Shown here one piece after another: positions 36,400 through 46,647 of a stretch of 64,000 nt of DNA (the stretch's first letter is position 1; each line of letters begins with the position of its first letter). The position numbers and the translations under genes are program-made. The notes beneath the pieces are model-generated. The model had not been told where the DNA came from and did no database searches. It saw only the letters and a list, made by a program, of their open reading frames with translations. This DNA comes from Thermoplasmatota archaeon (lineage in GTDB: Archaea > Thermoplasmatota > E2 > UBA202 > JdFR-43), in contig JAPDJP010000015.1 in the NCBI GenBank assembly GCA_029259055.1, positions 16,721 through 80,720 on the forward strand. The letters run 5' to 3'.

Positions 36400-37368
36400 C
36401 TAACCCTTTAAAAATCTCTCTATTTCCAATATATCTAACCACTCTTCTTTACATTCGCAATCAACTTTTTCCAATTTTTTTTCGTCCTGAGTAAGAGAAA
36501 ATTCTTTGATTGCATTCAATACTTTCTTATCGCATTTTCCACAATTATGACTGCCTCTTTCTTTTCCGCCAGCTACAACATCACATTTTATTACTCCATT
36601 ATAAATTTCTTTAGTTTTCTTTAAAATATCAATAACAGTCCAAAGCCAAGGAGGACGATATAATTTTTTTCTCCACATCATTTCAACAACTGTTTTTGAG
36701 TGAATAGAAACTGGATTAAATGATATCGTATTTGCCAGATCTTTTATTTTTTCGACACTATATAACGCATCCATAATAGCTTGCTTTTCCGTTAAAAATG
36801 GGGGCTTGATTAGTAAATATACTTTTAATTCCTTTCCAAAAGAAATTACCTTTTCCGCTCCTTTCTTCCAATCATTAAATTTAAATCCCTTGTTTATGCA
36901 GTATTCCAAAACCACATCATTTGCCGATTCCAAGCCCATTGCCACCTCAATTCTATAATCTTTAAAATTTTCTAAATTGTCAATAAATTCAGGCCTACTT
37001 TCTATTATAAATTTTTTTGCCTTAAATTTTTTAAATAAATATAATTGTAAATCCTTTGGTATTTCTTGCTCATCCAAAAAACTACCAGAAGTAAATATTT
37101 TAACTATTTCCTCATTTTTATATTCTTTATAAGCCATATCAATTTGTCTCTTTATATCTTCATATTCCGCATCATATGTTTCTTTATAATATCCACACAT
37201 TAAACAGCCAGATTTTTTTGCCCAATAGCAACCTTTTGTCCTCAAAATCAAAACAAAAGCGTTAACAACCTTACCATCTAAAAGATCCTTTTCTCTCCAT
37301 ATTCTTGGCTTTTTAACTTTTTTTCTGTATTCCTTTTTTTCCTTAGCAAATTTTTCTAGCTCCTTCAT
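36400..37368 (-). CDS. Archaeosine biosynthesis radical SAM protein RaSEA (TIGR01210)
   Basis: LRTKGCYWAKKSGCLMCGY, KIFTSGSFLD, ESRPEF, GLES, KPPFLTE, YRPPWLW, RGSHNCGKCD; ATG overlaps the upstream stop. Confidence 0.9.
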   Translation of the reverse strand: MKELEKFAKEKKEYRKKVKKPRIWREKDLLDGKVVNAFVLILRTKGCYWAKKSGCLMCGYYKETYDAEYEDIKRQIDMAYKEYKNEEIVKIFTSGSFLDEQEIPKDLQLYLFKKFKAKKFIIESRPEFIDNLENFKDYRIEVAMGLESANDVVLEYCINKGFKFNDWKKGAEKVISFGKELKVYLLIKPPFLTEKQAIMDALYSVEKIKDLANTISFNPVSIHSKTVVEMMWRKKLYRPPWLWTVIDILKKTKEIYNGVIKCDVVAGGKERGSHNCGKCDKKVLNAIKEFSLTQDEKKLEKVDCECKEEWLDILEIERFLKG

Positions 37369-38048
37369 TTGGCAATCATCGCCCTCAGCCAATCAGCAAC
37401 GTTTTCCGCATGGTCAGCAATGTCATCAATCCAGTCAACTATCTTCAGCAGATGATATTCATCCATTGGATTAAGCTTATCTTCAATTTCATAGATTTTT
37501 TTTGTTATTTCATATCTAATTCTATCTGCTTCCCATTCCTTCCTATGAACTCTGTGAATAAATTCTTTTGTTTCCTTTCTTTCCTTATCAACAAATCCAG
37601 TTTCGATTAGATCCCTAACATTTCCAACCGCTTTTTCCATTTCCTCAACAGTTTCAGCCACTAATTCCATATGCTTCTTAAAATCATCCTTTAATTCATC
37701 TGGAATTTTAGTATGCCTTAAATCCAACAATTGAGCCAAATTTTCCGCATGGTCAAGAATTGCATCCTGCTCTCTAAGTAACCATAAAAAATATTTTTTA
37801 TCCACAGGCATAAAAACAGAACGAGGTAAATGAGCTCTTATATTTCCTTTAATTAAATCCGCCTCATGCTCCAATCTTGAAACTTTTTCCGCAACTTCAT
37901 GAAAACTTTCATAATTTCCATCAATATATTTTAACACTCCTTCCTTTAAAATTGTTATACACTCTCTTACCTTACTCATATGCTCTAGTAAACCAGCAAA
38001 TGGTGACTTTTTCCGATATATTCCCTCAACCGGCACTCTATAAGGCAT
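37365..38048 (-). CDS. Phosphate transport regulator (TIGR00153/DUF47, PhoU-like)
   Basis: SPF..L.EHM, LEHEADLIK..IR..LP...FMPV, IADHAENVAD; TAATG overlap with the pit gene. Confidence 0.9.
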   Translation of the reverse strand: MPYRVPVEGIYRKKSPFAGLLEHMSKVRECITILKEGVLKYIDGNYESFHEVAEKVSRLEHEADLIKGNIRAHLPRSVFMPVDKKYFLWLLREQDAILDHAENLAQLLDLRHTKIPDELKDDFKKHMELVAETVEEMEKAVGNVRDLIETGFVDKERKETKEFIHRVHRKEWEADRIRYEITKKIYEIEDKLNPMDEYHLLKIVDWIDDIADHAENVADWLRAMIAK

Positions 38049-39244
38049 TAAAATATTATTGATAATCCTATATAAATTAATATCGATGTTATTATTGTAG
38101 CGGGAAGCGTTAATAACCATGATAAAACAATCCTCTTTATTATGCTTAAATCAATAGCTGCCAATCCTCTTGCTAAACCAACGCCTACAACAGCACCAAC
38201 AACAACATGTGTTGTAGAAATGGGTAAGCCCAATTTTGAAGCCGCTAAAACGACGGTAGCAGCTGAGAAATCAACGCTAAATCCTCTAGTATTTGTTAAA
38301 GAAGTTATTTTCCCTCCAACAGTTCTTATTACTTTATATCCCCATGTTAGAATCCCCAATGCTATGCCAAATCCACCAAAAGCAAGTAAATAGGCAGTGT
38401 CAATTTCTTTCCATGCAATAGCAAGAACAACCGCAACCGGCGCAATAGCATTTGCAACATCATTTGCTCCATGTGAGAAGGCAACATAACAAGAAGTCAT
38501 TATCTGGAGGCGCCTAAACATTCTTTCCACGATTTCGTATCCTTTTCCACTAAATCTTTTCGCAAGAAACCCTCCTATTATTCCAGCAATTAATGCAATT
38601 AATGCGGAAATAAGAACATATTCTGTAGTTTCAAATCCAAGTATTTCTCCAGCTCTTGTTTTCATAAAAATTGAAAGGAAAATTATGAAAATCGTTAAAG
38701 CAATAAAAATAGGACTAAGTTTTTTTGCATATCTAACAGGCTCCTTTTTAGCAAATATAAAGAAGCGAATTATACCAAACACCAAAAACGCAAGCAATGC
38801 CCCCGCCAGAGGCGAAAGAGCCCAAGATATTACAACTTTTCCCAATGTATCCCATTTTATTGCGGATAAGCCTCCTTGTATTAATCCAAATCCTGTTACT
38901 CCACCAACTATTGCATGCGTTGTTGAAACCGGCAATTCTTTCCATGTAGAGAGCGTAACAAAAATGGATGCAGAAAGCAAAGCTGCTAAAAATCCAAGCA
39001 TAACATCCGTTTTTGCAATTGAAGAAACATCCACAATTCCCCCTTTAACAGTATCTGTCACATGCTTTCCCACTAAAACAGCTCCTAAAAAGTTTAATAT
39101 AGAAGCAATTATTAGGGCCTGTCTCAACGAAATTGCTTTTGCTCCAACTGCGGTGGACATCGAGTTTGCCACATCATTAGAGCCAATATTCCAAGCCATA
39201 TATAAACCAGAAAAAATAGCAATTATGATTATGGCAATAAGCAT
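38048..39244 (-). CDS. pitA: Inorganic phosphate transporter, PiT family
   Basis: GSNDVANSM and HGANDVANA signature motifs; PVSTTH and PISTTH. Confidence 0.94.
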   Translation of the reverse strand: MLIAIIIIAIFSGLYMAWNIGSNDVANSMSTAVGAKAISLRQALIIASILNFLGAVLVGKHVTDTVKGGIVDVSSIAKTDVMLGFLAALLSASIFVTLSTWKELPVSTTHAIVGGVTGFGLIQGGLSAIKWDTLGKVVISWALSPLAGALLAFLVFGIIRFFIFAKKEPVRYAKKLSPIFIALTIFIIFLSIFMKTRAGEILGFETTEYVLISALIALIAGIIGGFLAKRFSGKGYEIVERMFRRLQIMTSCYVAFSHGANDVANAIAPVAVVLAIAWKEIDTAYLLAFGGFGIALGILTWGYKVIRTVGGKITSLTNTRGFSVDFSAATVVLAASKLGLPISTTHVVVGAVVGVGLARGLAAIDLSIIKRIVLSWLLTLPATIITSILIYIGLSIIF

Positions 39245-39295
39245 GTTGGTAATATATGGCTAAAATTTATAATTTATCATGCGATTTCTTATTTC

Positions 39296-39535
39296 ATGAT
39301 AAAAGCTTATATTCTAATATTAACGTACGTTGGCAATCTAAAAGTGGTATTGGAAGAAATGAGAAAGCTTGAAAATATAGAAAGTATTGCTGTCGTAGCT
39401 GGAGATTATGATATAATTGTTAAAGCTAAAGTAAATAGTTTAGAAGAGTTGATGGAATTAACAGATAAAATTCATTCAATAAAGGGTGTTAAAAGAACAA
39501 ATACACAAGTTATTGAAAAAGAGATTGTAGCATGA
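39296..39535 (+). CDS. Stand-alone Lrp/AsnC ligand-binding (RAM) domain protein
   Basis: AYILI...VAGDYDIIVK....I..IKGVKRTNT; no HTH. Confidence 0.85.
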   Translation: MIKAYILILTYVGNLKVVLEEMRKLENIESIAVVAGDYDIIVKAKVNSLEELMELTDKIHSIKGVKRTNTQVIEKEIVA

Positions 39536-40752
39536 GGATAAGAAAGAAATATTTATTTTATGTGCTGGGCATACTTTCTTCAGCAATAGGAGCGATAGTC
39601 ACAATTATTGATACATATATTTCAGTAATTTACGTAAAAGACCCATGGGCTTTGTGCTTAGCCATATTCTTAGCAGGCATAATAATTACTTTTATATTAT
39701 GCCTTATTCTTTCCATTCCAATAAAAGGAAAAAGTATAGGAGCAAGAATTGACCCATCTTTTAGGAAGCTGAGATTATTAAGAAAAAAAGAGTTAAAATA
39801 TCATTTAGCTGCTGGCATAGGAAATGCAACAGCAACAATCGCATATTTTATGATAATCTCCCTATATAAAGACCCTTCAGCTGTTCTTTCTTTCTTTCAA
39901 ATAGTGATACTATATTTATTGCTAATAGAATCAATAGCAGAAAAAAATGCGCCCACGCTGGCGGAGGTTCAATCATCTATTGTTGTTACATTTGGGGCGA
40001 TACTATCATCTTTTTCTTTAAAAGGAGAGATAAATTTTTTTGGACTTTTAGTTGTATTCCTTATTCTTAATCCTTCTTGGGTTGTATTTTCGATTTATCA
40101 GAGAAAGCTCAAAATAATGAAGATAGATAGCTGTTATAATGATTCAATAAATATTAGATTTTGGAATCTATTCTTTACAACAATTTTTACGACAATATTT
40201 GTTTATTTTATAAGAAGAGATGCTTTCTATTTAGCTTTTGATGTGTTAAAGTACTGGTATTTCTTTTTTATATCTATGGGGGTGACTTTCTTTTCATATA
40301 TACTCTATATAAGAGCATTGGGATTGGGAAAGGCGAGCGTTACGCAAGCTGTTAAATCCCTCACCATAATCTTTTCTATTCCCCTCACATTTATACTTGC
40401 AAAAATCACTCCAGTTATAGTATTTGAATCTATAACGCATGCAATAATAAAAATGATTGGAATCATTTTAGTTGTCTTGGGAGTAATATCATTTGCTTTA
40501 ACAGAAGTTAAGGCATATATCTTTATAAAGGCAAAGACAGGATATGCAGCAAGCCAAATAATAGATAAAATATGGAAAATTAAGGGTATAACAAGTGTCG
40601 CTGCTGTAGCTGGAAGATATGATATTATTGCAAAAGCAAGAATAAGAACCTTGGGTAAAGGATATGAGAGGATAATAAGAGCATTAGAAAAAGTAAAAGG
40701 AATAGAAAGTTTTGAATGGCAATCTATATTAAAAGAATGGGAGGAAATATGA
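39532..40752 (+). CDS. DMT/EamA-like 10-TM transporter fused to a C-terminal RAM domain
   Basis: About 10 TM segments, YIRALGLGKASVTQAV, IG..LVVLGV; C-terminal KAYIFIK...VAGRYDIIAK...VKGIE. Confidence 0.78.
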   Translation: MRIRKKYLFYVLGILSSAIGAIVTIIDTYISVIYVKDPWALCLAIFLAGIIITFILCLILSIPIKGKSIGARIDPSFRKLRLLRKKELKYHLAAGIGNATATIAYFMIISLYKDPSAVLSFFQIVILYLLLIESIAEKNAPTLAEVQSSIVVTFGAILSSFSLKGEINFFGLLVVFLILNPSWVVFSIYQRKLKIMKIDSCYNDSINIRFWNLFFTTIFTTIFVYFIRRDAFYLAFDVLKYWYFFFISMGVTFFSYILYIRALGLGKASVTQAVKSLTIIFSIPLTFILAKITPVIVFESITHAIIKMIGIILVVLGVISFALTEVKAYIFIKAKTGYAASQIIDKIWKIKGITSVAAVAGRYDIIAKARIRTLGKGYERIIRALEKVKGIESFEWQSILKEWEEI

Positions 40753-41483
40753 AAATAGGAATAATTGGAGGAACTGGCTTTTATGAAATGGAAGGGAATG
40801 AATTAGAAATAGAAACAGAATATGGAAAAATTTTGGTTTACAAACTAAAAGACAATATATTTTTTCTCCCCCGCCATGGCAAGAAACATAAACCAGCTCA
40901 TGTAGTAAATTACAAGGGAAATATAAAAGCAATGGAAAAATTAGGCATAGAAAGAATTATAGCAATAAATACTGTTGGTTCAATGAAGAAAAATATAAAG
41001 CCGGGCTCAATTTTTATTCCAAACGATTTTATTGATTTTACAAAAAGAAAAACAACTTTTTACGATGATATTGCGGTGCATATCGATATGAGCCAACCTT
41101 TTTGTCCAGTAATAAGGAAAATTTTAGTGGAAGAAGCAAAAAAGAAAGGAAATGTATATGAAGGAATATATGTTGCCACAGAAGGGCCAAGACTTGAAAC
41201 AAAAGCGGAGATTACAATGTTTAAAAATTTTGCTCATGTTGTTGGAATGACTTTGGTACCAGAGGCAATTTTGGCCAGAGAGATAGGAATATGTTATGCT
41301 TCTATTTGTTTAGTTTCAAATTATGCTGCTGGATTGCAAAGGGAGTTAAGCATTGAAGAAATAAAAGAGATGTACAAAAAAAATAAAGATATTATAATCT
41401 CTATCATAAATGAAAGCATAAAGAGAATACCAAAAAAGAGAGAATGCGATTGTAAAAATGCTTTCGAAAAAGGAAAGTTATGA
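40749..41483 (+). CDS. MTAP-family purine nucleoside phosphorylase
   Basis: IGIIGGTG, FLPRHG, TEGPRLETKAE, VVGMTLVPE.ILARE, VSNYAAG. Confidence 0.9.
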   Translation: MKIGIIGGTGFYEMEGNELEIETEYGKILVYKLKDNIFFLPRHGKKHKPAHVVNYKGNIKAMEKLGIERIIAINTVGSMKKNIKPGSIFIPNDFIDFTKRKTTFYDDIAVHIDMSQPFCPVIRKILVEEAKKKGNVYEGIYVATEGPRLETKAEITMFKNFAHVVGMTLVPEAILAREIGICYASICLVSNYAAGLQRELSIEEIKEMYKKNKDIIISIINESIKRIPKKRECDCKNAFEKGKL

Positions 41484-41761
41484 TATAAACAAGCTTGTAG
41501 AATTTGTATACAGCATTTAGGAATCTACCAAAGGAAAAAATGAATTGATAGGAACAGTAGCTTTGGTATATAATTGGGAAAAGAAATTGATTGGATACCT
41601 CATTTTAATGAACAGTAGAAATGGATTTATTGAATTTTTACAGAAAACACGTTTTTAAAAAATTTAGAAGGTATAAAGATTTTGTTATTATGAGAAAGGC
41701 TTATAAGTTTCTTTACAGGCCATTACTTTTATAAATATTGCATGTATTGAAAAATGATAGA

Positions 41762-42697
41762 ATGTTTGAACTTGAGGATTTGCCTGGTGTTGGGCCTGCA
41801 ATTGCAAAAAAGTTGGAAGAAGCAGGCTATACAGATTTAATGGCTATTGCTGTCGCATCCCCTGCTGAACTGGCGGAAATAGCGGATATTGGTGAGGGCA
41901 CAGCTGCAAAAATAATTCAAGCTGCTCGTGAAAAAGCTGATGTTGGAGATTTTGAAACTGGCGATGTTTTATTGGAAAAATTGCAAGAGAGAAAGCATTT
42001 AACAACTGGCTCAAAAGCATTGGATGAATTGTTAGGGGGAGGATTTGAAACGCAGGCAATAACTGAATTATTTGGAGAATTTGGCTCTGGAAAGACGCAA
42101 ATTGCCCACCAATTATGTGTAAATGTTCAGTTGCCCGAAGACCAAGGAGGATTGGAAGGAGAAGCAATATTTATCGATACTGAAAACACCTTTAGGCCTG
42201 AAAGAATTCTACAGATGGCGGAGGGATTGGGTTTAGATGGAAAAGAAGTTTTGAAAAAAATACATGTTGCAAGTGCCTTTAATTCAAATCATCAAATGAT
42301 GCTCGCTGAAAAGGCGATGGAACTTGCCAAGGAATATCCAATAAAGTTATTAGTTGTAGATTCATTAACCGGGCATTTTAGAGCAGAATATGTTGGAAGA
42401 GGAGCATTGGCGGAAAGACAGCAAAAGTTGAATAAACATATGCATACTTTGTTAAGATTTGCTCGCATATATAATGCTGTAATATGCGTTACTAATCAAG
42501 TTGCCGCTCGTCCAGATGTTTTCTTTGGAGATCCAACACAACCAATAGGAGGGCATATAGTTGGACATACAGCTATGTTTAGAGTATATTTAAGAAAATC
42601 AAAAGGAGGAAAAAGAATAGCTAGGCTTATTGACTCACCACATTTGCCAGAAGGAGAGGCAGTTTTTACTGTAAGGGAAGAAGGAATTAGAGATTAG
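41762..42697 (+). CDS. radA: DNA repair and recombination protein RadA
   Basis: Hh[59 protein letters not shown]; no intein. Confidence 0.97.
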   Translation: MFELEDLPGVGPAIAKKLEEAGYTDLMAIAVASPAELAEIADIGEGTAAKIIQAAREKADVGDFETGDVLLEKLQERKHLTTGSKALDELLGGGFETQAITELFGEFGSGKTQIAHQLCVNVQLPEDQGGLEGEAIFIDTENTFRPERILQMAEGLGLDGKEVLKKIHVASAFNSNHQMMLAEKAMELAKEYPIKLLVVDSLTGHFRAEYVGRGALAERQQKLNKHMHTLLRFARIYNAVICVTNQVAARPDVFFGDPTQPIGGHIVGHTAMFRVYLRKSKGGKRIARLIDSPHLPEGEAVFTVREEGIRD

Positions 42698-42698
42698 A

Positions 42699-43730
42699 AT
42701 GAAAAGAATACAATTATCGCATGGAGCGGGCGGAAAAGAAATGGGCAAACTTATAAAAGAATATATAGTCAAAAATTTTAAAAATAATAAGGCGGAGGTG
42801 CCTTTGGAAGCTTTAGATGATTCAGCTGTTTTAGATGGTATAGTTTTTACTACAGATAGTCATACTGTTCAACCGGTTTTTTTTCCAGGCGGAGATATAG
42901 GAAAACTTGCTGTATGTGGCACAGTAAATGATATTGCTTGCTTGGGTGCTACTCCAGTGGCGATGGCAACCGCAATGGTAATAGAAGAAGGATTCCCTAT
43001 GGAAAAATTTGAAGAAATTTTAAAAAGCATGGCTATGGCTGCTGAGGAAGCAGGCGTTGAAATTATTACAGGAGATACAAAAGTTGTTGAAAGGGGAGGA
43101 ATAAAAGATATTGTTGTAACTACTACTGCTATAGGTAAAGAAAGCAGGTGGCTAAAAAGCAATTGGAAAATAGCTGGGAGAAAAGGAAAATGGCTTCTCG
43201 ATTCGATGCTTAGACCGGGAGATAAAATAATAATAAATGGTTGCATAGCAGACCATGGAATAGCGATAATTTCTAAAAGAGAAGGATATGGATTTGAAGG
43301 AAGCGTTGTTTCAGATGTTGCACCTTTGAATGGCTTAATGGAAGAAGCTTTGAAGGAAGGAGGGGTTGTGGCGGCAAAAGATGCTACTCGAGGAGGAATA
43401 GCAAACGCTTTGAATGAGATGGCGGAGAAATCAAAAGTTGGAATTATAATTTATGAAGATAGCATACCAATAAATGATGCTACTCTTGCAGCCTGTGAAA
43501 TGCTGGGCTTAGACCCATATTCAATAGGGAATGAAGGAAAAATGCTGTTTGGTGTAACAAAAGAAAAGGCTGAGGATGTTTTAAAAGCAATAAGGAAGCA
43601 TAAATATGGAAAAAAAGCAGAAATTATAGGAGAAGTTATAGAAGGAAATTATGTTATTCTGGAGACAAGCGTGGGAGGAAGACGTATTTTAGATGCTCCT
43701 ATTGGGGACCCAATCCCAAGGATATGTTAG
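42699..43730 (+). CDS. hypE: Hydrogenase maturation protein HypE
   Basis: LSHGAGG, FTTDSHTVQPVFFPGGDIG.LAVCGTVND, TGDTKVV, DATRGG, NEGK, C-terminal PRIC. Confidence 0.93.
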   Translation: MKRIQLSHGAGGKEMGKLIKEYIVKNFKNNKAEVPLEALDDSAVLDGIVFTTDSHTVQPVFFPGGDIGKLAVCGTVNDIACLGATPVAMATAMVIEEGFPMEKFEEILKSMAMAAEEAGVEIITGDTKVVERGGIKDIVVTTTAIGKESRWLKSNWKIAGRKGKWLLDSMLRPGDKIIINGCIADHGIAIISKREGYGFEGSVVSDVAPLNGLMEEALKEGGVVAAKDATRGGIANALNEMAEKSKVGIIIYEDSIPINDATLAACEMLGLDPYSIGNEGKMLFGVTKEKAEDVLKAIRKHKYGKKAEIIGEVIEGNYVILETSVGGRRILDAPIGDPIPRIC

Positions 43731-45241
43731 GGCCATTCATATAATACTTTTTCTTCATTAAAAGCCATTTTTACATCATGAATTTCATTGTCTATTTCCT
43801 TTTCATAAAAATCTAAATAATACCAAGTTCCAGATATGTTAACGGCTAGATATCCTCTGTTATTTTCGGTTATTATTACATACAAATCCTTCGCATCCCA
43901 AAACATATTATTTTCTTTCCTCATATTCCTAAGCATTCCATATGCAACGATTGCTTTATCAATTGTTGAGCCTTCTCGCATCAAATATGTAAAATCGGAA
44001 AAAGCAATTTGATTTTCATTTAAAATTTTCCCAGATTTAATAACAAAACCAATCCATCTTATTGTCCGAATAGCATCTTTATAGGCGGTATCCCCGTCCA
44101 ATTTTACTCCTAACCAACTTGTCCATGCAGCATATTTGGCAGCATTTGCATAAACTTCTGGATATTTAACATCAATTAGATTGTAAGCGTATAATGCTTT
44201 ACTATATTGGTTTGGAATACTCTCATTAGTTATATTATATATAAAATCGAGATTCATTTTGGCAAGTTTTTCTGGATTATTGTCAGTAAAATCCTTTATG
44301 CTATATGGCATAGAAATGTTTAACATTTCTGGATGGGGCTTTGCTATCTTAATAAAGTCCTCTAACAACCAATTTTCCGTTCCTAAGGGAGGATTATTAA
44401 TTACTGGTAAAAGACTTTCTATAATTTCCTTTAATAAGCTTTGATTCATGTTTGAAGAAGGTTCTATATAATCATAAAATCCGAAATGAACCATATAACG
44501 GTCATTTTCTAACCCTAAAAAAATGCATTTATATCCATATATCTTGCTAAAATTATAATTTTCAAATAAGATGGTGTTTAATTTTCCTAATCTTACATTA
44601 CTCGCCAAAGTTGGGTCAATTATATACCATTTTTTGTCAATTCTTACTGCATTTACAGCATGCGGAGGAATTAGAAGAGTAAATACTTCTTCTGCTTTAA
44701 ATCCACACAGTCGAAGAAGAGCTGTATTAAAAGAAGCTAAAGAATAACAATCTCCAATAATATTTGCATATGGAGAAATGCATTTTTCGCCTAAACAAAA
44801 CATTTCATGTGCTGCAACTTTTCTATTCGCATTTTTTAAGCCTGGAGAACTCCATTCATCATATTTTGGAATCATTGCTGGCTTAGAATGTTTCATATTT
44901 TTTATGTCAAATTCTACCAAAGCTTTCAACGTTTCATACTTATTCTCATTATAAATCTGTGCTGCAATTTCGCAAAGTTTTTCTGACAGCATATTAGCAA
45001 CAACCAAAATCGTGCCTATACTTGGTTTAGGCCATTTTATCAAACCAAAATTTATTGATGGTTGAAACGGATTATCATATCTTATTACTGCCCATGTATA
45101 TTCTTCTATAAGATTTTCATTATGTGTTGAAACATTGTAATTAATTTCTTTAAAAGAATATTTAATTTGGAAAAATAGTGGTGCATCGCAGCTAAAAACA
45201 AATAATTGCAAAATAAGGAAAGCTATAACGACCTTTCTCAT
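43727..45241 (-). CDS. Secreted or lipid-anchored transglutaminase-like (Cys-His-Asp) protein
   Basis: GDCYSLA...LLRLCGF, HAVNAV, WYIIDPT; signal with possible lipobox FVFSC. Confidence 0.72.
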   Translation of the reverse strand: MRKVVIAFLILQLFVFSCDAPLFFQIKYSFKEINYNVSTHNENLIEEYTWAVIRYDNPFQPSINFGLIKWPKPSIGTILVVANMLSEKLCEIAAQIYNENKYETLKALVEFDIKNMKHSKPAMIPKYDEWSSPGLKNANRKVAAHEMFCLGEKCISPYANIIGDCYSLASFNTALLRLCGFKAEEVFTLLIPPHAVNAVRIDKKWYIIDPTLASNVRLGKLNTILFENYNFSKIYGYKCIFLGLENDRYMVHFGFYDYIEPSSNMNQSLLKEIIESLLPVINNPPLGTENWLLEDFIKIAKPHPEMLNISMPYSIKDFTDNNPEKLAKMNLDFIYNITNESIPNQYSKALYAYNLIDVKYPEVYANAAKYAAWTSWLGVKLDGDTAYKDAIRTIRWIGFVIKSGKILNENQIAFSDFTYLMREGSTIDKAIVAYGMLRNMRKENNMFWDAKDLYVIITENNRGYLAVNISGTWYYLDFYEKEIDNEIHDVKMAFNEEKVLYEWP

Positions 45242-45278
45242 ATAATTTTAATGAAAAGGAATTTATAAAAATTAACAC

Positions 45279-45950
45279 TTATTCCATTTTTTCGTATTCT
45301 TTGGATTTTAAATAATCCACAATTGTTTCATATTCTTTTTCCTCCATTATGTTTTTTATCCATTCTATTGCCTCCCTGAATTTTATTAATGAATGAAGCT
45401 TTATTCCGTGTCGCTTTGCTATTTTTTCCGCTCCTTGTTGTCTATCTATAACAACTGCAACATGTTTGCATTTTACATTGCATTTCCTTTTTTCTGCTTC
45501 AATTTCAAGCTGTTTTATTGCTAAGAGCTTGCTATCAAATTTTGTTACAATATCATCTATAGCAATAAATTCATCTCCTTCTTCAATTTCTCCTTCCACC
45601 AAAGAATGCTCTCCATATTGCTGGCTATACTTTTCCAAATCTTCTATGCTTTTTACTCCAGCCAATTTTCTTGTATAACATAAAGGAATGCTATAGTGCA
45701 ATGAAATAGAAGTAGCTATTGGTATGCCAGCCATTGCTATACCAAGTAGTTTATTTCCAAATTTTTTTATTTTCTTACCAAGCAAAATCCCTATTTCATT
45801 CAACAAATCTGGATGAGATGGGAGGAGGCGAAGCTGGATATAAAAAGGACTCCATATACCAGATACAAGTTTCCATCCTTCAGGCTTATGCTTTATTGTT
45901 TTTATTAATCCTCTCCTATACAATTCAGCAAAAATTTCTTTTTCATTCAA
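45279..45950 (-). CDS. pyrE: Orotate phosphoribosyltransferase-like protein
   Basis: LVSG.WSPFYI.LR, GIAMAGIP, IDDIVT, VVIDRQQG; follows pyrF; TTG start with GGAGG SD. Confidence 0.82.
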   Translation of the reverse strand: MNEKEIFAELYRRGLIKTIKHKPEGWKLVSGIWSPFYIQLRLLPSHPDLLNEIGILLGKKIKKFGNKLLGIAMAGIPIATSISLHYSIPLCYTRKLAGVKSIEDLEKYSQQYGEHSLVEGEIEEGDEFIAIDDIVTKFDSKLLAIKQLEIEAEKRKCNVKCKHVAVVIDRQQGAEKIAKRHGIKLHSLIKFREAIEWIKNIMEEKEYETIVDYLKSKEYEKME

Positions 45951-46647
45951 ATTCCATCGCCTCCTTTGCAAATCTTTTTGCAGCTTCTTCCATATTCTCG
46001 CTTTTATATATGGCTGAGCCTATGATAGCGTAGCATGGATAGCCTCGCAATACAGCAAATGCTTTCCTTATCTCCCCTCCCTGCCTCCCTATGCCCGGCA
46101 TGCAGTATTTTGGCTCATTTATCAAGCTTGTAAGCAAAAGATGATATTTCTTTAAAGCTTCTTCTTTGTTTCCCGGCAAAATAAAATATTCTACTCCTTT
46201 TTTAGCGGCAATTTCATAAATTCTGCCAGGAGCATCATCCAACAAAAAACCACCATCTTCTGCCAAATAAGCTTCATGTGTCATTTCTCCACCAACCATT
46301 GGAATCATTTCATATTTAAAGATAGCTTCAATAAATGCTTCCTCGCTTTTTCTTCCAGCCATTGGAAAAATTATTACACCTTTTATATTTGCTTTTTTAC
46401 AAGCCATAGCAAATTTTTCAGCTATATATGGTATATCTGTTCCAGCTTTTTGATGGTCATATATTACAGGCAATTGAAAATCTATTTCTTCCATAATATT
46501 TTTCAATCCATATTGCAAAGCAAGATTAGCTCCTATTTTATATCCAACTATACCTTCTATCCCATAAGTTTTTTCAACGAGTTCCTTTAGCTTTTCCAAA
46601 TCATCTACATCACATGCCACAATGACTCCATGCTCTCTTTCAAACAT
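45943..46647 (-). CDS. pyrF: Orotidine-5'-phosphate decarboxylase-like protein
   Basis: IVACD, GYKIG, DHQKAGTDIP, PGIGRQGG, IIGSAIY. Confidence 0.83.
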   Translation of the reverse strand: MFEREHGVIVACDVDDLEKLKELVEKTYGIEGIVGYKIGANLALQYGLKNIMEEIDFQLPVIYDHQKAGTDIPYIAEKFAMACKKANIKGVIIFPMAGRKSEEAFIEAIFKYEMIPMVGGEMTHEAYLAEDGGFLLDDAPGRIYEIAAKKGVEYFILPGNKEEALKKYHLLLTSLINEPKYCMPGIGRQGGEIRKAFAVLRGYPCYAIIGSAIYKSENMEEAAKRFAKEAMEFE

